Part shown: piece by piece, positions 43,713-55,700 of the stretch
How the letters are laid out: the number at the start of each line of letters is the position of its first letter
How positions within the stretch are numbered: position 1 is the first letter of the stretch
Origin: Candidatus Oxydemutatoraceae bacterium
GTDB taxonomy: Bacteria > Pseudomonadota > Gammaproteobacteria > Poriferisulfidales > Oxydemutatoraceae
Assembly: GCA_965220085.1 (NCBI GenBank)
Contig: CBDCOZ010000003.1
Span: forward strand, 1,024,001 to 1,088,000
Length of the DNA: 64,000 nt
Reading direction: 5' to 3'
Position numbers and translations under genes: made by a program
The notes under the pieces: model-generated
The model's input: the letters and a program-made list of their open reading frames with translations, nothing else
What the model was told of the DNA's origin: nothing
Databases searched by the model: none

Positions 43713-46700
43713 ATGCCCCTCCCCCTATTTTTACGAAGGAGAAGTAATCGGAGAGGACGACACGCATGCTACTTTGTTTGTCGCTTCATGCGAATGGGGA
43801 GCAAGGGGGTGACCGGCGTTCGGCATCGCTTGTTGCTTGGCGCATTCGCTATTGCCACAACGGTTTTGGCGTACCCCGTCGCGGCACAGACAGACTACGA
43901 CAGCGACGACGACGGTCTGATAGAGATTACGACACTGGAGCAGCTCGACGCAATCCGGTTTGACTTTGACGGCGACGGAGTGCCCGGCGAGAGCACACCG
44001 ACATATGCGGAGGCATTTCCCGATGCTGCTGACAATATGGTCCAAATGGGTTGCCCGGGCGGAATTTGTAGCGGTTATGAGTTGATGAATGATCTGGACT
44101 TTGACGATCCGACCAGCTATGCCGCGAGCACAGCGAACACAGCCTGGACAAGCGACGCCGGGTGGCCAGCGATCGGAAACGCGACGGACAGCTTCTCAGC
44201 GACGTTTAACGGCAATGGTCATACGATTGCCAACCTGCATATCGACGATAGCACAAGGTTGCAAGGCTTGTTCGGTTACGTGAGCGGCACGGTGTCAAAC
44301 ATCGGCGTGACCGGGGCGGCATCGGTCTTTACCGGCGGCGGCGTGGCGGGCCTGTTGCGCGACGGCACGGTAGAGCGTTCTTATTCAACGGTGTCGGTGA
44401 ACGGTGACAGTTCGGTAGGTTCGTTGCTGGGCCTCCTTGTCCCCGGCACGGTGCGACTGAGTTATGCGACCGGTGTTGTCTTCGTCTCTGCGGGTCTCGG
44501 CGGCGCCAGCGGCGGCTTGCTCGGCGCCAGCTCCGATGATGACCCCTCTGGCAGCAACAAGGCGGAGCATGTCTATGCGACCGGTTTTGTCGATAGAGAC
44601 AGAGGGGGTGCCAACAACTCTGCCGGCGGTTTGCTGGGCTCTCCGGGTCTGTTAGAGTTGCAATACGCTTACACCACCGCCTTGGTTGGCGGCAGCGGAG
44701 GGCAAAGCGGCGGTTTGGCCGGCGGCAATGACGATGACTTTTCGGCGACAGCGGTGTATTGGGATACCGAGGCATCGGGCCGGGCTGTGGCGATTCCGTC
44801 GGCGGCTAAAACCGGCGTTGATGGGCGGACCGCCGCCGAGTTGCAAGCGCCGACGACCTATGCCGGCATCTACGCCAACTGGGACGAAGGCGACACCGCA
44901 GACTACTGGGACTTCGGCAACGCCTCGCAATACCCGGCATTAAAGATCGACTTTGACAACAACAGCGACGCGAGTTGGGAAGAATTCGGTTATCAGTTGC
45001 GCGAGGGCCCGCGCCTGCGCGAAGGCTTGCAACGCGTGACACAAGACAAGATTGACTTTGACCTGCGCTGGAGCGCGCCGGATACTTCGCACTGGGACAG
45101 CCCGCCGCAGATCAGTTACCGTATCTACCGTGACGGTTCGGCCTTGGAGATCGGGGCCGATGACATCGGCGAGACCCTCGATGCGAACGGCGATACTGTC
45201 TATTCCTATGCCGATGCGGGTCTGTCAGGCGACACTGTTCATATCTATCACATCGCCGCGGTCGTGGGCGGCGGCGAGCCGAGCCGCAGCGCGATCGTAT
45301 TTGAAGCAGACTACGACCGCGACGACGACGGTCTGATAGAAATCAACACACTGGAACAACTCAACGCCATCCGCTGGGACCCGGACGGCGACGGAAAACC
45401 CGCGAACGCAAGCTCACGGACCTACGCGGAAGCCTTCCCCGGCATCACGGACAACACGGGTTGTCCGGACACTTGCGGCGGCTATGAGCTAATCAACGAT
45501 TTGGACTTTGAAGACCCGCGCAGTTACGCCGTCGCCGACCCCTTGGACTATGACTGGATTGATAACCCCGACGATGGCAATGCGGAAGAAGGCTGGCCGC
45601 CGATTTCGGGCTTCACGGCGACTTTCAACGGCAACGGCCATGCCGTTTACAACCTGTATGTCAGCCGCAATGCAAACGACCAGGGCCTGTTCGGTTCCGT
45701 TAGCGGCACGATTACAAACATCGGCATCACCGGTTTGATCGTGTCCCCGGTTTTCTTTGCCGGCGGCTTGGCGGGCCAGTTGAACAACGGCGGCATGATA
45801 GAGAAATCTTACTCTGCGGTAGCGGTGGAAGACGGCATATGGAGCGGTTCCTTGGCGGGCATGATGAACGGCGGCGCGGCGGTGCGACTGAGCTATGCGA
45901 GCGGTGTTGTCAACGCCTCTGCGAACGCCGGCGGGTTGCTGGGCGTCACTTTGGATGCGCTTATTCCTAACACGACCACAGAGACTTTGGAGCATGTCTA
46001 TGCGACCGGCTTTGTCGATGCATCCGATGCCGGCAACGCCGGCGGCTTGACCGCCACAGTAGGGGCGTTGCGACTGAAATATATCTATGCCACCGCCTTG
46101 GTGAGCGGCAGCGGGGAGGGGAGCAGCGGTTTGGGCGGCTATGACGAAGCAGGCTTCGCAGCGACGGCGGTATATTGGGATACCGAGACCTCGAACCAGA
46201 GTGTCGGGGTTGCCACACGCTCGGGGATGCCTGTGACCGGCGTTGAAGGCAAGACGACCGCCGAGTTGCAAGCGCCGACGACCTACACCGGCATCTACGC
46301 CAACTGGGACGAAGGCGACACCGCCGACTACTGGGACTTCGGCACCGCGGAACAATACCCGGCATTGAAGATTGACTTTGACAACAACGATATGGCGAGA
46401 TGGCAGGAGTTCGGTTATCAATTACGCGAAGGCCCGCAAAATGTGGAAATCTCCGCCGCCAGCGCTACCGGCATAACACTGAGTTGGACTGCGCCCGATA
46501 CCTCGCACTGGGACAACCCGCCGTCGGTGACTTACGCCCTCTACCGTGACGGCGCGCCCTTGAGCCTTGCCGCCGATGCCATCGCCGAGACTGCCGATGC
46601 GAACGGCGATGTTGTCTATTCCTATGCCGATTTGGGCGCATCCGCCGACACTGCGTATCGCTACCACATCGCCGCAACCGTTAACGGCGGCGAGCCGAGT

Positions 46701-49700
46701 CGTTCCTATGTGTTTGCCGGACGGCTGGGGGTGACGGACAGAGACGCCGCCTTAAACACAATTGCCGAGAGCGGTACGACGGGCACGGCGGTTTCGGGGT
46801 TGCGGTTGTCGGTAACAGAGATGGGCGCGGCGCCGTTTGGCGACGTGATTTGGGGTTTGGATGATCCGACCGACACCTTCGGGATCAGCGCTGCCAGCGC
46901 CGAGATCGGCTTGCTCGCGAGTGACACGCTGGATTACGCAAGCACGCGAACTTATTCCGTAGCGGTGACGGCAACGCTGGACGGAACGGAATTGCCCCCG
47001 CTGCCACTGACGATAAACGTTTTGAATGACATAGAGAATGTTCGGGTTCAGGATGACGACCCGTCGCCGAACCGGGTTCTTGAGAACACGCCGATAGACA
47101 CGCCGATATCGGGCTTGTCGCTGGCGGCGTATGAAATGCCCGCTTCCGGCGGGTCTGTCGAGTTGGAACAAGCGACATGGAGCTTGGCGGATAATGCCGA
47201 TTTTGACCCGTACACGGGCGGCATATTTGCGATTGATGCCGCCGCCGGCACATTAACTTTGGTCGCTGCGGCGGATTACGAAACCTCGTCGCAACATTCT
47301 GTGTGGGCGGTCGCCGCCGTAACGCATCCCATAACAGGCGATGTGTTGCGAGGAGGCGAGCGCTTTGAGGTGCGGGTTGTCAACATACCGGAGACGTTGA
47401 CGATTATGGATGGCGACCCCGCCGCCAACACCATCGCCGAGAATGCGACAACCGGCACGGCGGTGACCGGTATCGCCTTGCAAGCGCACGAAGATGATCT
47501 GCCCCTGACCGGCGGCGCGGATTTCAGATGGGAGTTGACAGATACCGCTGCCGACCTGTTCGCGATTGACCCTGTTAGCGGCGAGATAACATTAGTTGCG
47601 AGTGGCATGCTGAACTACGAAGACATCGGCGCTCGCACCCATAGCGTGACGGTGCGGGCTGTGGCAGGCGCCGTGGTATCCGATGACTTGGAGCTGACGA
47701 TAAGCGTTTTGAATGTGCCGGATACCTTGACGATTATTGATAGCGATATGAACGCCAATACCATCGCCGAGAATGCGGTGGCGAACATGCCGGTGACCGG
47801 CATTGTCCTGAGCGCAAGCGATGAAGCGGGCGCTACGGTGAGCGCTGTGACTTGGAGCGTAGCGAGTAGCCCGACCGATCTGTTCACGATAGATGCAGGC
47901 GGCGCTGTCAGGCTGAGTGCTTCGGACACTTTGGATTACGAGACGACAACGATGCATACGATAGAGGTGCGGGGCATGGCGGACGGCATACGGTCCGACA
48001 CATTGTCCCTGACAATCGTCGTGACCGACTTTGATGAGACGATCGTCCCGCCGACCGTGACCGACGCCGACCCTGCCGCCAACACCATTGCTGAGAACAG
48101 TACGGACACGGCAGTCAGCGGGGTGGCGTTGGCGGCGATACGGGACGGCAACCAGCTAAGCGACATCACATGGATACTGACCGACGATGCCGACGGCCTG
48201 TTCGTGATTGCCACCGACACCGGCGTCATCAAAACCGCGACCGATCGCGCGCCGGATTACGAAGCGGCTGTGAGACATGCTGTGACGGCGGTCGCCATCG
48301 CCGCCGACGGCAGCATCGTCGCGCTTGATTTGCCGATAGAGGTGCGAAATGTGCCGGAGAGCCTGACGATTGCGGATAGCGATACGAACGCCAACGCCAT
48401 CGCCGAGAACGCGACGACGGGCACCGAGGTAGCGGGCATCAATCTGACGGTGACCGACGAGGGTGGCGATGGGGTAAGCGGAGTGAGCTGGAGCTTGGAG
48501 AGCACCCCGACCGGTTTGTTCGGGATTGATACCGACGGTGTCATCACTTTGGCAGCGAGCGGCAGGCTGGACTACGACGCGGGTGCGCGCAACCATAGCG
48601 TAATGGTAACCGCCGCCGCCGCCGGTTATCAGTCTGCCACAGCGACATTGACAATAAACGTAACGAATGTGCTGGAGGAGCTGAAGATAGCGAACAGAAG
48701 CACGGGTACTACGATAGCGCTTGCCGAGGATGCGACAACCGGCACCGGCACCGTGGTACCGGGCATCGATCTGGAAGTGACCGACGAAGCGGATAGGGAA
48801 GTGACAGAAGGGCTGACTTGGAGTTTGGTGACGAATCCGGGCAACTTGTTCGCGATAAGCACGACCAGTGGCGAGATTACATTAGCCGGCAAATTGAATT
48901 ACGAGGCGGCAACGCAACACACAGTGATGGTGCAAGCCGCCAAAGGCGAAATAAATTCCGCTCCGTTCTCGCTGACGATAAGGGTGACCGTTTCCTGCGC
49001 CGCGCCGGCGACATTGAACTCAGCGACGAATGTTTGCGAGTGCAGTGCGCCGAATGTGGGAATGGGTTCGGATTGTCAAGCGCCAAGCGTACAGGTTTGC
49101 GGGGCTTTGATGCCGCCGAAGTTTTTCAGAGAGACAGCCTGCGTTGATTTTGTTTTCTGCGACGCACCGATGGTATTAGACGCAATGACGAATACGTGCG
49201 TGCCGCCGCAGTTGCGGATTGCGGACACCGCTGAGGGCGCAAACGAGATAGCCGAGACTGCGACGACGGACACTGAGATAGCGGGTGTGACATTGGAAGC
49301 GCAATACCCCGCTGGCGTTGCGGTGAGCGGTGTGACTGTGACCTGGGGCTTGAGCGATAATGCCGACGGCTTGTTCACAATAGGCAGCGCCAGCGGTGTC
49401 ATCACTTTGGCAGCGAGCGGCAGGCTGGACTACGACGCGGGTGCGCGCAACCATAGCGTAATGGTAACCGCCGCCGCCGCCGGTTATCAGTCTGCCACAG
49501 CGACATTGACAATAAACGTAACGAATGTGCTGGAGGAGCTGAAGATAGCGAACAGAAGCACGGGTACTACGATAGCGCTTGCCGAGGATGCGACAACCGG
49601 CACCGGCACCGTGGTACCGGGCATCGATCTGGAAGTGACCGACGAAGCGGATAGGGAAGTGACAGAAGGGCTGACTTGGAGTTTGGTGACGAATCCGGGC

Positions 49701-52700
49701 AACTTGTTCGCGATAAGCACGACCAGTGGCGAGATTACATTAGCCGGCAAATTGAATTACGAGGCGGCAACGCAACACACAGTCACGGTGCAAGCCGCCA
49801 AAGGCGAAATAAACTCCGCTCCGTTCTCGCTGACGATAAGGGTGACCGTTTCCTGCGCCGCGCCGGCGACATTGAACTCAGCGACGAATGTTTGCGAGTG
49901 CAGTGCGCCGAATGTGGGAATGGGTTCGGATTGTCAAGCGCCAAGCGTACAGGTTTGCGGGGCTTTGATGCCGCCGAAGTTTTTCAGAGAGACAGCCTGC
50001 GTTGATTTTGTTTTCTGCGACGCACCGATGGTATTAGACGCAATGACGAATACGTGCGTGCCGCCGCAGTTGCGGATTGCGGACACCGCTGAGGGCGCAA
50101 ACGAGATAGCCGAGACTGCGACGACGGGCACTGAGATAGCGGGCGTGACATTGGAAGCGCAATACCCCGCTGGCGTTGCGGTGAGCGGTGTGACTGTGAC
50201 CTGGGGCTTGAGCGATAATGCCGACGGCTTGTTCACAATAGGCAGCACCAGCGGTGTCATCACTTTGGCAGCGAGCGGCAGGCTGGACTACGACGCGGGT
50301 GCGCGCAACCATAGCGTAATGGTAACCGCCGCCGCCGCCGGTTATCAGTCTGCCACAGCGACATTGACAATAAACGTAACGAATGTGCTGGAGGAGCTGA
50401 AGATAGCGAACAGAAGCACGGGTACTACGATAGCGCTTGCCGAGGATGCGACAACCGGCACCGGCACCATGGTACCGGGCATCGATCTGGAAGTGACCGA
50501 CGAAGCGGATAGGGAAGTGACAGAAGGGCTGACTTGGAGTTTGGTGACGAATCCGGGCAACTTGTTCGCGATAAGCACGACCAGTGGCGAGATTACATTA
50601 GCCGGCAAATTGAATTACGAGGCGGCAACGCAACACACAGTGACGGTGCAAGCCGCCAAAGGCGAAATAAATTCCGCTCCGTTCTCGCTGACGATAAGGG
50701 TGACCGTTTCCTGCGCCGCGCCGGCGACATTGAACTCAGCGACGAATGTTTGCGAGTGCAGTGCGCCGAATGTGGGAATGGGTTCGGATTGTCAAGCGCC
50801 AAGCGTACAGGTTTGCGGGGCTTTGATGCCGCCGAAGTTTTTCAGAGAGACAGCCTGCGTTGATTTTGTTTTCTGCGACGCACCGATGGTATTAGACGCA
50901 ATGACGAATACGTGCGTGCCGCCGCAGTTGCGGATTGCGGACACCGCTGAGGGCGCAAACGAGATAGCCGAGACTGCGACGACGGACACTGAGATAGCGG
51001 GTGTGACATTGGAAGCGCAATACCCCGCTGGCGTTGCGGTGAGCGGTGTGACTGTGACCTGGGGCTTGAGCGATAATGCCGACGGCTTGTTCACAATAGG
51101 CAGCGCCAGCGGTGTCATCACTTTGGCAGCGAGCGGCAGGCTGGACTACGACGCGGGTGCGCGCAACCATAGCGTAATGGTAACCGCCGCCGCCGCCGGT
51201 TATCAGTCTGCCACAGCGACATTGACAATAAACGTAACGAATGTGCTGGAGGAGCTGAAGATAGCGAACAGAAGCACGGGTACTACGATAGCGCTTGCCG
51301 AGGATGCGACAACCGGCACCGGCACCGTGGTACCGGGCATCGATCTGGAAGTGACCGACGAAGCGGATAGGGAAGTGACAGAAGGGCTGACTTGGAGTTT
51401 GGTGACGAATCCGGGCAACTTGTTCGCGATAAGCACGACCAGTGGCGAGATTACATTAGCCGGCAAATTGAATTACGAGGCGGCAACGCAACACACAGTG
51501 ATGGTGCAAGCCGCCAAAGGCGAAATAAATTCCGCTCCGTTCTCGCTGACGATAAACGTATTGAATGTGCTGGAGGAATTGAAGGTAGCGAACGGCGGCA
51601 GCGGCGAGATAGCGCTTGCCGAGAATGCGACAATCGACACCGTGGTACCGGGCATCGCTCTGGAAGTGACCGACGAGGACGATAACACAGTGAGCGGCGT
51701 AGAGTGGAGCTTGGCGAGCGCCCCGAGCGGTTTGTTTGCAATAGGCAGTACCAGCGGTGTCATCACTTTGGCAGCGAGCGGCAGGCTGGACTACGACGCG
51801 GGTGCGCGCAACCATAGCGTAACGGTAACCGCCGCCGCCGCCGATTATGAGCCTTCCACACTGACACTGATAATAAACGTATTGAATGTGTTGGAAGAGT
51901 TGGCGATATCCGACAGCGATGCGGCTGCCGCGATGATATCGGAGGCGGCGGTCTTTGGTTCCGCGCTAACGGGCGTGGCCTTGACAGTCTCGGCGGAAGA
52001 GGGAGGAACGATTCCGGATTTAACCTGGAGATTGTCGCGCAATCCGAACAGAGCATTTGCAATAGCCTCGACCAATGGCGCGATTACGTTGGCACGAGAG
52101 GGCGTATTGGATTTTGAGACGGCTCCGAGCATAGACATAGAGGTTATAGCGACACCGCGGAATATAAGGACCGAAGTGCCGGAGTCAAACCCATTCCCAA
52201 TCACGGTGACGGTGACGAATGCCTTGGAGACATTGGAGGTTGACGATACCGCCCGCGCCGATAACAGTATCTCTGAGAACGCTGCGACAGGTACGGCGGT
52301 AGCGGGCGTTGTTCTGGAAGCAACCGACGAAGACGCCAATCTGGTGAGCGGAGTGACCTGGATCTTGAAGAGCACCCCGGCCGATCTGTTCACGATAGAC
52401 AACAATCCGGGCGTAATCCGCTTGGTTGCCGGCGGCAGGTTGGATTTTGAGACCACGCCGAGCGTCGCAGTGATGGTGCAAGCCGCCAAAGGCGAAATAG
52501 AGTCCGCTCCGCTCTCGCTGACGATAGCGGTGGAGGATGCCTTGGAGAATCTGACAGTTCGCGACAGCAACGCCGACGCGAACAGGATTGCCGAAGATGC
52601 GGCGACCGGTACGCAAGTTCTGGGTATCGCACTGAGTGCAAGCGAAACCGATAATCCGGTGAGCGGCGTGAAGTGGAGCCTGAGCGATGCGAGCGGTCTG

Positions 52701-55700
52701 TTCGCAATAGGCGCCGATACGGGCGTAATCAGTCTGATTGCCGGCGGCAGTTTGGATTTTGCGACCACGCCGAGCGTCGCAGTGATGGTTCAAGCCGAAA
52801 AAGACGAAATCACTTCGGATCCGCTTGATCTGACAATCACGGTGCTGGATACCGATGAGAATATCCGGATTGTTGACACCGCCGGCGATGACCTCTTCGC
52901 GGCGATAGACGAAGATGCGGAGGCGGGCGATGCGCTGTCCGGTTTGGCTCTTGTCGCAAGAGACGCCGCCGCTAACGTCTTGACCGGCGTGGTTTGGAGC
53001 CTGAACGATGATGCCGACAGCCGGTTTGCGATTGCGACTGACACGGGTGTGATTACGGTGGCCGGCATGTTGGATTATGAGACGACCCCGACCCACACGG
53101 TGGTGATTCGGGCGACACACGAGGGGAATTCAAGCGACTTTGTATTGCAGGTGAATGTGGGGAATGTCTTGGAGACCTTGGCTGTGACAGACTCCGACGA
53201 TGATGCCAACACGATAACGGAGAACGCGACTTCGGGCACCGCGGTGAGCGGTATCGCATTGAGAGTGACCGACGAAGGCAGCAGGCCGGTGACAGAAGGG
53301 CTGGATTGGATCTTGGCGTCCGACCCGAGCGGCTTGTTTGCGATTTCAACCGACGGCGCAATCACCGCGACCGCGCCATTGGATTATGAGACGACCCCGA
53401 CGACCCACACGGTGATGGTTCAAGTCGCAAAAGGCGACATCACTTCGTCGGCGGTTGAACTGACGATAGATGTGGGGAATGTCTTGGAGCTCTTGACTGT
53501 GACCGACTCCGACGAAGATGACAACACGATAGCGGAGACGGCGACTTCGGGTACCGCGGTGGCCGGCATAGCTTTGGCAGTGACCGACGAAGGCGGCAGG
53601 CCGGTGACAGAAGGGCTGACTTGGAGCTTGGTGACGAACCCCGGCAACTTGTTCGCGATAAGCGTGAGCGGCGGCGAGATTGCCTTGGCCGGCGAAGCGG
53701 ACTATGAGACGACCCCGACCCATGTGCTGAGGGTGGCGGCAGCGGCGGATGGCATAAGCGATGCGATAGAGTTAACGGTAGAGGTTCAAAACGCGCTGGA
53801 GACATTGATGATCTCCGACAGAGACGACGATGCGAACGAGATTGTCGAGAATGTGGCAACGGCCACGGCGGTGTCGGGCATAGATTTGGCGGCGCTTGAC
53901 GAAGCGGGCACGGAAGTGACAGACGGACTGGTCTGGAGACTGACCGAGAATGCGGACGGCAGGTTTGCAATTGATTCGGATAGCGGCGTCATCACCGCGG
54001 GCCGGGCGTTTGATTATGAGACATCAACTCAGACGAGTTTCTCGGTAACGGTTGCGGTCACAAAAGACGGGGTGGATTCGGCCCCGCTGAGTCTGTCGAT
54101 AGCCCTGAGGAATGTGTTGGAGAGCCTGACCTTGGAAGACATTAACGCGGCGGCAAACGGCATCGATGAGAATGCATTGGCGGGCGTTGCGGTGTCGGGC
54201 ATTAGCTTTGTGGCAAGGGATGAAGCGGGCAATGAGGTCACCGCCGGCCTGACATGGACTCTGCCCGAAAGCGCCGGCGATTTGTTTGTGATAAGCAACC
54301 AAGGCGTGATCAGCGTAACGAAGGTAACGAGCGAGGCTCTGGATGCCGAGAATGTTGCCGACTACGCATTGCAAGCGCGGGTATCAAAAGACGGGGTGGA
54401 TTCAAACATAGCGGATGTGCCCGTTGTTGTGCGGAATTTGTTGGAGGAATTGACGATAGCGAACGGCGGTAGCGGCGCGATAGCGCTTGCCGAGGATGCG
54501 ACAACCGGCGCCGTGGTGCCCGGCATCGCTCTGACCGCGACCGATGAGGGCGGCAATGCGGTAAGCAGCGCGACCTGGAGCCTGACCGATGCGAGCGGTC
54601 TGTTCGCAATCAGCGCCGATACGGGCGTCATCAGTCTGATTGCCGCAAACACATTGGACTATGATATTGAGGCGTTGCGGAGTCATACGGTGAGGGCGCA
54701 AGCGAGCAAAGACGGCGTGGTTTCGGGCCCGTTTGCGCTGACGATAGATGTCACGGACGTGTTGGAGACCTTGCAAATTGTCGATAACAATCCCGCCGAG
54801 GATACGATTATTGAGAACGCGGCGAGCGGCACGGCGGTGTCGGGCATAGAGTTGGCGGCAGAAAATGAAGCGGGCGATTCGGTGCGCGATGTGCTTTGGA
54901 GTCTGACCGATAATGCGGGCGGCTTGTTTGCGATTTCAACCGCCGGCGCAATCACCGCGACCGCGCCATTGGATCATGAGACGACCCCGACCCACGCGGT
55001 CATAGTGCGAGCCGAGAAAGACGGAATAAATTCCGCTCCGTTCTTGCTGACGATAGCGGTCGGGGATGTGTTGGAGAGACTGACGGTTGCCGACGGCAAC
55101 GCTGATGCGAACAGGATTGCCGAAGATGCGACGTCCGGCACGCAAGTTCTGGGCATCACACTGAGCGCAAGCGACGAAAAATCAGAGGCGGTGACCGATG
55201 TGACCTGGAGCCTGAGCGATGATGCCGGCGGTCGGTTCGCGATCAGCGCCGATACGGGCGTAATCAGTCTGATTGCCGACAGCGGTTTGAATTTTGCGAC
55301 CACGCCGAGCGTCGCAGTGACGGTTCAAGCCGAAAAAGACGGCGTTCATTCGGCTGGGTTTGAGTTGCCAATCACGGTGCTGGAGGTCAATGAGAATGTT
55401 CTGATTGTTGACATCGAGGGCGATGACGCCTTTGCGACGATAGACGAGGATGCGACGACAGGCACGATGCTATCCGGCGCGCGTCTGGTCGCGCGAGATG
55501 CCGACTCTGCCGAGTTGATGACCGGCGTGACTTGGAGTCTGAGCGATGCCGCCGGCGGCCTGTTTGCGATTGCGACTGACACGGCCGTGATTACGTTGAC
55601 CGGCATGTTGGATTACGAGACGACCCCGACCCACACGGTGGTGATTCGGGCGACACACGAGGGGAATTCAAGCAACTTTGTATTGCAGGTCAATGTCGGG

